From Defluviitaleaceae bacterium (GTDB lineage: Bacteria > Bacillota > Clostridia > Lachnospirales > WQUN01): DNA of 64,000 bases. The DNA lies in assembly GCA_009780185.1 (NCBI GenBank), contig WRAN01000010.1, positions 6,450-70,449 on the forward strand, given 5' to 3'. The notes under the pieces are model-generated. The model was not told where the DNA came from and ran no database searches. It worked only from the letters and a program-made list of their open reading frames with translations. The position numbers were made by a program, and so were the translations under genes. This document shows positions 9,116 to 18,481 of the stretch, in pieces (position 1 is the first letter of the stretch; the number at the start of each line of letters is the position of its first letter).

Positions 9116-9799
9116 ATGGCAAATGTAGAAATTGATACACCGCTCCAAGGTTATAGATACAGGAGGGATATCGATCTATTTAATAAAGCGGTTAATATAG
9201 CCCGTGAACTAATTAGCTCAGGAGATGTTTTGATTTTATTTGGATATAATAGATTTTGTGTATCAGCTGAGATTGTCTTTCCTGAAGAAGATTTCCAGGA
9301 AAGATTTCAAAGCATCTCATATGACGACTTTGTTGAAATCTTGGAAGAGGAAATAGTATGTATTATCGAGAAAATTCTACTAAACGATATAAATGAGAAT
9401 CCAAGAAGCTGGTTGGCGGAAATAATCGACGACGAAAGCGTGGTTAATCACTGTGTGGATATATTTTACAAAAAGGTTGAGTGTGTTAATACTCAGATAA
9501 TTGATGAGAGCTATAGAAGCTTCTTCGACCTCAAGCTAAATCCTTTAAAAAATAAAATTGCAGGTTTTGACTATAGCATATGTAAGCATGTATCAGACGA
9601 AAACAGTAATATTGCATTTGCACAATTAACCATTGCTACTTCAGGAAAGCTTGTATCTGTCATGGGCTCCCCAAAGGACAGGTTGATGATTTTGGATAAT
9701 GCGGATAGGATTAGCTTTGTTTGCGATAAAAACGACATTGATAATCTAGTGCTAGAGTTGCTTTCCATAAAGATAGCGCTTGAGGAAGAGGAGAGCTAA
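9116..9799 (+). CDS. Hypothetical protein, cassette A gene 1 (227 aa, acidic C-terminus)
   Basis: ORF with a good RBS. No family motif recognised. AT-rich codon usage. Confidence 0.7.
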   Translation: MANVEIDTPLQGYRYRRDIDLFNKAVNIARELISSGDVLILFGYNRFCVSAEIVFPEEDFQERFQSISYDDFVEILEEEIVCIIEKILLNDINENPRSWLAEIIDDESVVNHCVDIFYKKVECVNTQIIDESYRSFFDLKLNPLKNKIAGFDYSICKHVSDENSNIAFAQLTIATSGKLVSVMGSPKDRLMILDNADRISFVCDKNDIDNLVLELLSIKIALEEEES

Positions 9800-10453
9800 T
9801 TGAGTACTATAAGAATAGAAAAAGCTATGTTAGATTCCGGATTAGAATCAACATATAAAAGTGTAGAGGAAGGCATATCTCTGGCCCAGCGGAATAGTGG
9901 CTTTGAAGTTAGTTCAAATCCTGGGCGAGTAATTGATGCCGCTACATTATTTGTTCAGTCCAATAATATTGATGCTGAGTCATATGTTTTTGAAACCCGC
10001 AAAGCAAAACATATCAACAATCATAAAGCTTATGCCCTTCGCAACCAAAAAAGAGGCATTAGTATGCTTCATGGTGGCTATAATAGGGATATGGATAATT
10101 TTTCTTATTACAATAGAATGAGAAACGTGATTGAGTACCTTGCAGAACTAAAAGAAGCCGATGATATACCCTCTCAGGTTCAGCATTATGCGCCAATATT
10201 GCGTGTTATTAAGGAGATAATTAGCAAGTTGGATCCTGAGATAGAGCGTTATCTTCAGCGAACTCTTTTGCTTTTTGTTACTATGCTTAAGCGCCATAGC
10301 TGTGAGGAAGTAATGACATGGGACAAAGTTGATGCGATGATCCATGTCGCAAGTGATTGCATGATAAATACGATAGATAAAGAATCTTTTCTGGCTCATC
10401 ACGACTATCTGGAAGAGCATGGTCTCGACATGTTTCCATCGCTGGAGGATTAA
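9800..10453 (+). CDS. Hypothetical protein, cassette A gene 2 (217 aa, TTG start)
   Basis: The TTG directly follows the TAA of gene 1 and is preceded by GAGGAGAG. No family motif recognised. Confidence 0.65.
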   Translation: MSTIRIEKAMLDSGLESTYKSVEEGISLAQRNSGFEVSSNPGRVIDAATLFVQSNNIDAESYVFETRKAKHINNHKAYALRNQKRGISMLHGGYNRDMDNFSYYNRMRNVIEYLAELKEADDIPSQVQHYAPILRVIKEIISKLDPEIERYLQRTLLLFVTMLKRHSCEEVMTWDKVDAMIHVASDCMINTIDKESFLAHHDYLEEHGLDMFPSLED

Positions 10454-10454
10454 C

Positions 10455-11201
10455 ATGGCTGCCGTTCTAGATACGACTGTGCAAATCGATAGGATTTTTG
10501 GCAGCACAGATAGAAAATCGCGTATTCGTGACATGATGGCTAATAATGAATGCTATAGTACCCAATATGTTCTGGGAGAGTACTATGCCACTATCGTCCG
10601 TGACTGTACAATGATATATAGTATCGTTGCACAAAATGATGATATATACGAAGCAGAGAAAAAAATAAATGAAAAAGCCTTTGGGCGTAGTAAAGACAGG
10701 GCACATAAAATATTTATTTTTCTCCGCGAATTGTTCGGGAATGATATGGATTATATAAAAATGCACATGGAGTCCTTTTTTGATTTACTGATCCAGAAGT
10801 TCTATAAAGGAATTAATAAAAAACTACTGAGTGGTTCAATGTGCAACCGCGCTAATGCTCGTATTGAATACATTGAAGGTTGTCCTAAACTAAGAAACTT
10901 AAATTGCAGGAAAACAGATAATCACTGTGATATATCGTCTTTATGGAAAAATAATTTCTCGAAAATAGACCAACTGAAATATGATTATAACATCACTGAG
11001 AGAACAAAGAATGCATTATTGCAATCCTCTGCAATAAACCCTCCAAAAGGAAATGCTTGCAGAACTCTTGGTGATTGTATCATTTGTTTAGAAACGATTG
11101 ATGGAAATGTTGATTCAGTATGCACAACCAATAGGGATGACTTTAAGCCTATTACCGACTGCCTAGGATTAGAGCTGATTGTTCCTAATTATAAGAAATA
11201 G
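10455..11201 (+). CDS. PIN-like nuclease domain protein with a ~165-aa insert carrying a Cys4 cluster, cassette A gene 3 (248 aa)
   Basis: GGAGG lies 6 nt upstream of ATG 10455. Acidic tetrad contexts are AAVLD6TTV, VLGE42YY, TLGD207CIICLE and TTNRD228DFKPI. The Cys cluster is C130-x12-C143-x7-C151-x6-C158. Confidence 0.65.
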   Translation: MAAVLDTTVQIDRIFGSTDRKSRIRDMMANNECYSTQYVLGEYYATIVRDCTMIYSIVAQNDDIYEAEKKINEKAFGRSKDRAHKIFIFLRELFGNDMDYIKMHMESFFDLLIQKFYKGINKKLLSGSMCNRANARIEYIEGCPKLRNLNCRKTDNHCDISSLWKNNFSKIDQLKYDYNITERTKNALLQSSAINPPKGNACRTLGDCIICLETIDGNVDSVCTTNRDDFKPITDCLGLELIVPNYKK

Positions 11202-11232
11202 CAGTGCCTTTCCCTCATAAGTACTAAAACCA

Positions 11233-11276
11233 AAACCTCCATCATACAGTAACGTATGACCAGATGGAGGTTTTTT
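11233..11276 (+). terminator. Rho-independent terminator closing cassette A
   Basis: AACCTCCATC ... GATGGAGGTT followed by TTTTTT. Confidence 0.75.
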
Positions 11277-11305
11277 AATGGACAAATATAAAGGAGGGCC
11301 AGGGC

Positions 11306-12874
11306 GTGGCATTTGAACTTGTAAGGGAGCAAGTCTTCCTAGATCAAAGCGTAGGTAGCGAGCAAACACAGATTATGCTTGAGGGGGATATAATAGTCCC
11401 AGACTCAAGGCCGGATATGGCTGTGCTTTTGCAGACAGAAGAAAAAATAATCATAGACCGTACAGAAGTAGGTGCAGACAGGGTCAACTTCGTAGGCCGG
11501 CTTAATATTTCCCTGCTATACATATCCAAAGGCCCAGAACAGCAAGCCTGCGCCGTAAATCTTACTCGCCAGATAGATGACTTTATCAATGTAGACGGAG
11601 TAACAAAGGATATGTGGGTCAATGCGAAAGCAGAAATCACCCATATAGATTACCGGATGCTAAATGACCGCAAAGTAAATTATCGTGCCATTGTAACCGT
11701 TAATATTAACGCAGAACGGTCGGATGCCCACGAAATGGTCGTACATATCCATGATGTGCCGGAAAATCAGCTCCTTAAAAATAATATTAATATCAACCGT
11801 ACAATAGAGCATAAACAGGAGCGCTTCCCTGTAAAGGACTCTCTGCTATTGCCATCCAGCAAGCCCAATGTACGGGAGATATTATTAGTTACTGCCAATA
11901 TCACCAACAGAGATATCCGTATCAATAATGGCAGGGTCAATTTAAGCGGTGAAATCTTAGTAACCACCTTATATCGCGGCGATACAGACGACAGCGTAAT
12001 AGAATTTGTAGAGAGCGAGATACCTTTCAATGGCCCAATAGATGTATCAGGCGCAAAGGATGATATGCTTGCAGATGTGCTTCTACAGGTAATGGATCAT
12101 CATGTAGTAGTACGCTCAGACGACGATGGAGAAGACAGAGTGCTGGAAATTGAAGTGTCTGTAGGGGTGCAGATGAAGGTCTACAGCACAGAAGTACTGC
12201 CTATTTTGGAAGATGCATATGTAATCAACCAGCGTCTGACTTTGGGTAAAACTCTAGTGCGCTACCCGCGGTTGGTATGTCTAAACCGCAACCAAGCACC
12301 TATTAAAGAAGTAGTAACATTAGGTGGCAATGCGCCCAGTATGCTTCAAGTGTTCCGCGTAAAAGGCAACGCCTACCTGGACGAAGTAAAAGTAATAGAG
12401 GATAAAGTGGTAGTAGAAGGGGCAATCACCACTGATATTCTATATGTAGCAGAAAGCGATTCGGCACCGCTGGGCAGCTTCCGCACGGTTATGCCATTTA
12501 GGCAGGTAATTGAAGCAAAAGGCGCACGCCCCAATATGAGAGTAAATGTAGATACTTCTATAGATCATGTGGCCTTTAGTATGCTAAGCGGCCAAGAAAC
12601 GGAAGTCCGGTTCCTTCTTACATTTAATACCCAAGTAATAGAAGAAGAAGAGACTCGGATTATACACAATATAGAGTTCGCGGATTTAGAGCCGGAAGCG
12701 CTGGCTAATATGGCCAGTATGACGGTGTATATTGTGCAGCATGGGGATAATCTTTGGAAGATTGCGAAGAAATATAATACCGCTATCGACGAGCTGCTGG
12801 CAGTCAACGATATCGAGCATCCCGGCAAGATTGTACCGGATCAAAAGCTTTTGATACTTAAAAAGGGTTTATAG
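11306..12874 (+). CDS. DUF3794 (SPOCS)-type repeat protein with a C-terminal LysM domain (spore-coat/cortex-associated type)
   Basis: GTG start behind AAAGGAGGG. C-terminal LysM: YIVQHGDNLWKIAKKYNTAIDELLAVNDIEHPGKIVPDQKLLI. Confidence 0.75.
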   Translation: MAFELVREQVFLDQSVGSEQTQIMLEGDIIVPDSRPDMAVLLQTEEKIIIDRTEVGADRVNFVGRLNISLLYISKGPEQQACAVNLTRQIDDFINVDGVTKDMWVNAKAEITHIDYRMLNDRKVNYRAIVTVNINAERSDAHEMVVHIHDVPENQLLKNNININRTIEHKQERFPVKDSLLLPSSKPNVREILLVTANITNRDIRINNGRVNLSGEILVTTLYRGDTDDSVIEFVESEIPFNGPIDVSGAKDDMLADVLLQVMDHHVVVRSDDDGEDRVLEIEVSVGVQMKVYSTEVLPILEDAYVINQRLTLGKTLVRYPRLVCLNRNQAPIKEVVTLGGNAPSMLQVFRVKGNAYLDEVKVIEDKVVVEGAITTDILYVAESDSAPLGSFRTVMPFRQVIEAKGARPNMRVNVDTSIDHVAFSMLSGQETEVRFLLTFNTQVIEEEETRIIHNIEFADLEPEALANMASMTVYIVQHGDNLWKIAKKYNTAIDELLAVNDIEHPGKIVPDQKLLILKKGL

Positions 12875-12883
12875 TTTAAGCAT

Positions 12884-12925
12884 AAAGACCCCTCCAGGGA
12901 GAATATCTTGGAGGGGTCTTTATAA
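12884..12925 (+). terminator. Rho-independent terminator
   Basis: AAAGACCCCTCCA ... TGGAGGGGTCTTT, a 13-bp stem followed by T/A-rich sequence. Confidence 0.75.
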
Positions 12926-12982
12926 TTATAAGGTTTATGTTATAGTCATATGTAGAGAACATTGATTTTGAAGGAGGGCAAA

Positions 12983-14476
12983 ATGCCACAAAACGAAAGC
13001 AATCTTAAAACAGTGTCAATTTTATTTCTACTGGGAGGGCTTGGATTTTTTATATTCTTCGCAGGCATCCCGGCGATTAACACATTCGTTATGTCATTGC
13101 AGGATTATGGTATTATTTTTGGCATGTTAAACAGCCCATGGGTAGGGTTTGCCAATTTTAGCAGGTTATCTTCATCTGGGGCACTAGGGCGGATGCTTGG
13201 CAATTCATTGATTTTATTTGTTCTGCCTACATTGCTGGCTGTGATCATTGCTGTGCCTATGGCCGGAGCTGTTGGCGGGATGGCTAAGGGGGGGCGGCGC
13301 TCTCTTGCTGCTGCTTTGCTGCTTTTGCCGGCTTTCGTTCCTGATACTGTTTTGGCCTTTCTTGTGGTGTCTATTCTTCCAAGTATTTCACTTGCTAATC
13401 CTGGCACTTTCAGGCTTGTGATGGTTGTGCTTACCGCGGTAAGAACCGCGTCGGTATGCGCCTTTGTAGGTGCTTGCGCTGCTGGGTTATTTAATGACAG
13501 AGGAAAAAATATACTACATGGTGCTGTCTGCGGAGTAGCCATAGGCGTTGCGGTGAATGTTGTAAGATTCTTATCCAGCAACATGGAGCTTCATACTATG
13601 CTGTCTAATCCCTTGGTATTTTCTACAGCGGAGACGTTTGATATGTTTAGTTGTCAGCAAGGGCTTATGATGATGCATATGTCTCTTGCTTCTGCTTCAT
13701 GGGCCTTGAAAACTGTGTTGCAGATGCTTGCGGTGGTTTTTGTTTCGCTGATTGTATTTGTATGTATTCGCACTGGGGTTGAAGGTGGGGAGTCTGATAT
13801 CAATCCGCGAGGAGATAGAGAAGGTACTATGACAGGTATAGTGCCCGGGATTGTTTGTGGATTGGTGTTTGTGCTTTGCCTAATTGTACCCCTTGGGTTT
13901 GCCGGTGTTGTGTATGGTGGTGCCGGAGCCGCAATCTTTAATAGCGTTTTTACAACCATATCATCGGCAATCTTGTTTGCTATACCCTTAGTTATGCTGA
14001 CTTTGTGGCTATGTATTAATATTAATAATAAAATTGCGGTTGTGCTGATTCTTGTTATGCTTACTATCTCAAATAATATCGTTGGTGAATTCTTTTATTT
14101 CCGCTACTTTGGGCTTACTAATACCCGGTTTGCTCTTATACTTGTCAATACCTTTAATATAACCTTTGTTCTGCCTATTGCATACCTAACACGAATAAAG
14201 AATCCCAAAATCACAAACATATCTAGTCTTGTGCGTAGTATGCTGCCGTATTTTGCGATATTCATGGGGCTTCTTATTGCCAATACATGGGGTGAGAGTT
14301 TTCCTACGTTGATCTATGTCATGAGTTCTGATCTATGGGGGCTTCCCATGCTTTTATGGCAGGCAGTTACTCTAGGCGGTATACCTCTTTCTGTTGGGAT
14401 GATACTTTGGATTGTGGTTCCCATATTGGCTATTGCGAGTTGTTCGGTCTTTGTCTATGTAAAAAGCGATGTTTAA
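12983..14476 (+). CDS. Polytopic membrane protein resembling a fusion of two degenerate CUT1-type ABC permease halves (LplB-like N-half, LplC-like C-half)
   Basis: ATG behind GAAGGAGGG. The N-half contains PAINTFVMSLQDY...SPWVGFANFSRL, as in LplB-type permeases. The C-half contains FFYFRYFGLTNTRFALILVNTF, as in LplC-type permeases. No recognisable EAA loop was seen. Confidence 0.6.
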   Translation: MPQNESNLKTVSILFLLGGLGFFIFFAGIPAINTFVMSLQDYGIIFGMLNSPWVGFANFSRLSSSGALGRMLGNSLILFVLPTLLAVIIAVPMAGAVGGMAKGGRRSLAAALLLLPAFVPDTVLAFLVVSILPSISLANPGTFRLVMVVLTAVRTASVCAFVGACAAGLFNDRGKNILHGAVCGVAIGVAVNVVRFLSSNMELHTMLSNPLVFSTAETFDMFSCQQGLMMMHMSLASASWALKTVLQMLAVVFVSLIVFVCIRTGVEGGESDINPRGDREGTMTGIVPGIVCGLVFVLCLIVPLGFAGVVYGGAGAAIFNSVFTTISSAILFAIPLVMLTLWLCININNKIAVVLILVMLTISNNIVGEFFYFRYFGLTNTRFALILVNTFNITFVLPIAYLTRIKNPKITNISSLVRSMLPYFAIFMGLLIANTWGESFPTLIYVMSSDLWGLPMLLWQAVTLGGIPLSVGMILWIVVPILAIASCSVFVYVKSDV

Positions 14477-14512
14477 AGATTGAAAGTACTCAAACTGGAA
14501 GGCATGAGGTAA

Positions 14513-15361
14513 TTGAATCTACTTGCAAAAATTAAAAACTATAGCGCTCCCACTCAGGCTGAGGAAAGGCTAATCAACCATATTAGCAATTTCACAGAAG
14601 AAGCAATACGCAGCAGTGTTCACAAACTGGCGGAGGAGGCTGGTGTTTCCCCGGCGGCAATTGTGCGCTTTTCAAAAAAAATCGGCTGTCAGGGTTTTGG
14701 CGCATTTAAGCTGGCCCTGGCTGCCGATATTGCATCAGAAAAGGATAGTGCTGGGCTAATCCAACACCAGCAAATTAGCTATGGTGATGATATAGAAACA
14801 ATCATAAAAAAAAGCCGATTAGCTAATATCAATGTAGTAGAACAAACCTACCAGCTAATAGATATAGAAGCTATGATTAATGCCGTTAATAGTATGCGTC
14901 AGGCCAGGCATATTTTCTTATTCGGTATAGGCGCAAGCGGTGCCTGTTGTACGGATTTGGCTCACAAACTCTCAAGAATAGGGGTAGAGACTGTATACAA
15001 TGTAGACTTTCACGCCCAAGTGGCTTCATCTGTAAATATAACAGGTGAAGATGTGGTGATAGGCATAAGCTATAGCGGAGATAAAAAAGAAATAATTTCC
15101 GCTATAGAATATGGCCGCAAGCAGGGAGCTTATATAATTGCACTAACTCAGCATAATAATAACGCTCTATATAAGCTGGCGGATTCCAAACTAGTACTGC
15201 CTTCATTAGAGCATGATCTTAGGGTAGGTGCTATTGCGTCTAGGAATGCTTCACTTATTTATACAGACTTACTTTATCTTGGGTTCATTAGTGATGATTT
15301 TGATTCTTATCTGGAGAAGTTTAAGCTAAGCCGTGAGATGATTAAAACCTTTTATGATTAA
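14513..15361 (+). CDS. MurR/RpiR family transcriptional regulator (HTH_6 + SIS)
   Basis: Contains SVHKLAEEAGVSPAAIVRFSKKIGCQGFGAFK and a SIS domain (IFLFGIGASG). TTG start. Confidence 0.85.
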   Translation: MNLLAKIKNYSAPTQAEERLINHISNFTEEAIRSSVHKLAEEAGVSPAAIVRFSKKIGCQGFGAFKLALAADIASEKDSAGLIQHQQISYGDDIETIIKKSRLANINVVEQTYQLIDIEAMINAVNSMRQARHIFLFGIGASGACCTDLAHKLSRIGVETVYNVDFHAQVASSVNITGEDVVIGISYSGDKKEIISAIEYGRKQGAYIIALTQHNNNALYKLADSKLVLPSLEHDLRVGAIASRNASLIYTDLLYLGFISDDFDSYLEKFKLSREMIKTFYD

Positions 15362-16266
15362 ATTTGCTTTAAATAATCCAGAGCCAAATAAATCCGCCCA
15401 TCAAACTTACAAAGCGCTTCCGTAGAAGTTGCGAAATCCACATTTGCCAAAATCATTAGTATTGCGTTTTTGGCAGAAAATTCGCATTTTATAAGCTCTT
15501 CTTTGGCGCGTTCTTCTGAGACTCCTGTGGCCATACATACTATATTTACCGCGCGGCTAATCAGCTTTTCATTGGTGGCCTTTAGGTCTACCATCAAATT
15601 GCCATAGGTTTTGCCAAGTTTTATCATCGCCACAGTTGTAAGCATGTTGAGCACCATTTTTTGCGCGGTTCCGCTTTTCATACGGGTAGACCCTGTTATA
15701 ACCTCTGGGCCTGGCTGGGGTGATATATCTACATCGGCAACCTGTGATATTTCCGAATCGCTTGTGCATGAAAGCCCTATTGTAAAGCCTCCTGCTGAGC
15801 GGGCATACTGCATTGCGCCCATTACATATGGGGTACGTCCGCTTGCGGCAATGCCAACAAGCGCGTCTTTGGCAGAAAAATTTATCGCCTTTAAATCTTC
15901 GGCACCAAGCTCCAGGCTATCTTCGGCGCCTTCTTTTGCCTTTATAAAGGCTTCGGGGCCACCTGCAAGCAGGGCGATAACCATATCATAGTCTACACTA
16001 AATGTTGGTGGACATTCTGCTGCGTCTAGAAGCCCCAGTCTGCCGGAAGTCCCTGCTCCTACATAAATCAGCCGACCTCCGTCACGAAGCCTTTCGTAAA
16101 TTGCATCAATTGCGGAGGCAATAGCGGGTAGAACCGCTTCTATGGAATCGGCAACCTTCTTATCTTCGCTATTTATAAGCTGTACAATTTGAAGTGTATT
16201 TAGCTTATCAATGTTGCTGGTATTTGGGTTGCGCTGCTCTGTGTCTAGCCGCTTAATATCTACCAT
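15358..16266 (-). CDS. murQ: N-acetylmuramic acid 6-phosphate etherase
   Basis: Contains LDTEQRNPNTSNID, YVGAGTSGRLG and GSTRMKSGTAQK. Confidence 0.93.
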   Translation of the reverse strand: MVDIKRLDTEQRNPNTSNIDKLNTLQIVQLINSEDKKVADSIEAVLPAIASAIDAIYERLRDGGRLIYVGAGTSGRLGLLDAAECPPTFSVDYDMVIALLAGGPEAFIKAKEGAEDSLELGAEDLKAINFSAKDALVGIAASGRTPYVMGAMQYARSAGGFTIGLSCTSDSEISQVADVDISPQPGPEVITGSTRMKSGTAQKMVLNMLTTVAMIKLGKTYGNLMVDLKATNEKLISRAVNIVCMATGVSEERAKEELIKCEFSAKNAILMILANVDFATSTEALCKFDGRIYLALDYLKQI

Positions 16267-16268
16267 TA

Positions 16269-17276
16269 TTATTCCGCCTTCACTAGTTCTTCATATTTTT
16301 GCGTTGTTAGGAATTTTCGCATGTCTTCCTGGTACTTTGTATCACAAGCGCCATTTAAGAGTTCTCTTGCCCAGAAAACGGCCCCCAATGCAGGGGGTGC
16401 ATCCAATAAAATGGACTGGATACTCTGCTTAATATTTTGTCTGATTATTGATTCAAAAATATTGGAAATACCTTGATATTTTAGTTTTGTCCAAATGCTG
16501 CCGGCTTTTACTACTGTAATTTCTCCTGTAAAGGAAAGGTTGCGTATACATCCGCATACGCCTTCACCGCAGTTTATACCTACATTATCAAGTATATTTT
16601 TGCAAACTTCATCCCCTGCGGCGGCGGCATTATCAACTATATTTATTATTTCCTTGGCATTTTCCCATATCAAACTGCCTTTAGATATTACATGGGTAGG
16701 CAAATCCGCTTTGGTGCTTATTCCGAACACATCCATTATTTGGGGGAATGCATGGGAATACTGGCCAATGCGAAAGTAGTGTCTATATACTGCTTCTACT
16801 GCACTTCTCGCTATATGGTTTCCCCCTGCATAATCGCCGCTTAATTGGCCTATTCCGCCTACTTGCAGCTGTGCCCCTGTGTCATCTATGCCTACGACAA
16901 CTGCACCAGAACCGTTTATTGCGCAAACGCCTGAGCTTGCCATGGCTTTAACTCCTAAGATACCATCATTGCCAAGGTCAAACTTCCCGAAACCAATATT
17001 TACAATTCGCTGTTTTAGCTCCTCATGCTGATTATGCAAATCTGCACCCGCTAACCCAAAGGCTGCCGCGGCGATATCTTTTACAGTTATATTGTTTTTG
17101 ATAAACAGATCGTTCAGGTGGGACTGCATTTTTTTCTGCATTCCGTCATAGCCTACGCCTACATGCTCATGGCTGCAAGTTGGACGGCGTAAAATATCAA
17201 CAAAAGTGCCATCCTCGTGGCAAAGTAAATAATCGGTTTTGAGGTTTCCACCGTCTACGCCAAGAAAATACGCCAT
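16269..17276 (-). CDS. BadF/BadG/BcrA/BcrD-type sugar kinase (MurNAc/GlcNAc kinase MurK-like)
   Basis: Start MAYFLGVDGGNLKTDYLL behind AGGAGGAC. The ORF-track start at 17348 gives an unsupported 24-aa extension. Located between anmK and murQ. Confidence 0.8.
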   Translation of the reverse strand: MAYFLGVDGGNLKTDYLLCHEDGTFVDILRRPTCSHEHVGVGYDGMQKKMQSHLNDLFIKNNITVKDIAAAAFGLAGADLHNQHEELKQRIVNIGFGKFDLGNDGILGVKAMASSGVCAINGSGAVVVGIDDTGAQLQVGGIGQLSGDYAGGNHIARSAVEAVYRHYFRIGQYSHAFPQIMDVFGISTKADLPTHVISKGSLIWENAKEIINIVDNAAAAGDEVCKNILDNVGINCGEGVCGCIRNLSFTGEITVVKAGSIWTKLKYQGISNIFESIIRQNIKQSIQSILLDAPPALGAVFWARELLNGACDTKYQEDMRKFLTTQKYEELVKAE

Positions 17277-17314
17277 GCTTGTCCTCCTATAGCAATTTGA
17301 TTCATAGATTCGCT

Positions 17315-18481
17315 TTATATGCTGATCTTTCCTAATATTTTGCTGCAACTTGCCCCAGTTACCGAAGGTAGGTTACTGGTATTTCCGCATATGGTTTCAT
17401 TGGCCAAAATGGCAAATGCTACGGCTTCCTTCGCATTACTATTTTTGCCTATTTGTTCATAAGCTATGATATTAATACTGGGTAGGCTGTTACTTATCAT
17501 TTGCATTAGCGCATGATTATACGCGCCGCCGCCAGCGACTATAATTTGGCTTATGTCAAAGGGTATATGCTTTAACGAGTAGCTGATACTTTGGGCCGTA
17601 AAGGCTGTCGCCGTTGCTATAATATCCGCGTCCAGCATATTCTTTTCCTTACATAGGGTATAGAGTTTCTCACTGAAACTTTTACCGAAAAGCTCCCTGC
17701 CGGTGGCTTTGGGAGGCGCTTTTTTTATGAACCAGCTATCCATAAGATGTGCTAATATCTGCGGACATACGGCGCCTTTTGCCGCGATTTCGCCATTTTT
17801 ATCAAAGCTTCGCCCAAAAATTTTTTGCGTAAGATAATCAATTATCATGTTGCCTGGGCCAGTGTCGAAAGCAATTATACTTTCAGGGATAGCATTTTGC
17901 GGGATAGCTGTTATATTGCCTATGCCTCCTATATTTTGCAGTGCGATATTCTTATTGCTGCCGGAGAAAAGCAAAAACTCCGTATATGGTACAAGTGGTG
18001 CGCCGACTCCGCCCGCCGCCATATCTGCAGTTCTAAAATCGGATACGGTTATCCGACCAGTTTTGTGAGCGATTACGGCGCTTTCACCTATTTGCAAAGT
18101 GGATTTTAAAGGATAATCCTTGGTCGGCTCAGGGATATGATAGATCGTTTGCCCATGGGAGCCTATCAAGTCAATATCTTGGATATCTATACCTGCTTTT
18201 TTTGTGATATTCACCGCCGCGTCTGCAAAGAGTCCGCCTAAGAGAAAATTCATATGACATATATCTGCGGAATTTGAATCGTCAAAAAGGCGGAAGATTA
18301 ATTCTCTGGTAGCCTCTGGATATGGGTATGTTTCAAAAGCAATCTCATCTACGGTAGTGGCGGTATAGTTACCAGATATCCTTACCAGTGCCGCGTCAAT
18401 ACCATCAACCGAAGTGCCAGACATTAACCCGATTACATATTTTTCATTTTTTGTACTGAGCTTTTGCAGCCGTTCTAACAT
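17315..18481 (-). CDS. anmK: Anhydro-N-acetylmuramic acid kinase
   Basis: Contains VIGLMSGTSVDGIDAALV, FDTGPGNMIID and the AnmK length. Confidence 0.92.
   Translation of the reverse strand: MLERLQKLSTKNEKYVIGLMSGTSVDGIDAALVRISGNYTATTVDEIAFETYPYPEATRELIFRLFDDSNSADICHMNFLLGGLFADAAVNITKKAGIDIQDIDLIGSHGQTIYHIPEPTKDYPLKSTLQIGESAVIAHKTGRITVSDFRTADMAAGGVGAPLVPYTEFLLFSGSNKNIALQNIGGIGNITAIPQNAIPESIIAFDTGPGNMIIDYLTQKIFGRSFDKNGEIAAKGAVCPQILAHLMDSWFIKKAPPKATGRELFGKSFSEKLYTLCKEKNMLDADIIATATAFTAQSISYSLKHIPFDISQIIVAGGGAYNHALMQMISNSLPSINIIAYEQIGKNSNAKEAVAFAILANETICGNTSNLPSVTGASCSKILGKISI

Noticed and set aside
10419-10454. Alternative upstream starts for the overlapping cassette genes: 10419 for the PIN-like gene and GTG 56435 for the STAS-like gene.
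   Set aside because: ATG 10455 has a GGAGG at ideal spacing and begins right after the upstream stop. ATG 56441 is preceded by GGGGTGAG. The longer versions add residues with no support.
9116-11201. Prophage or mobile-element boundaries (integrase, transposase, att-like direct repeats) around the AT-rich cassettes at 9116-11201 and 55300-57257.
   Set aside because: I found no recombinase-like ORF and no flanking direct or inverted repeats by eye, so horizontal origin rests only on composition and context. It is not annotated as a mobile element.
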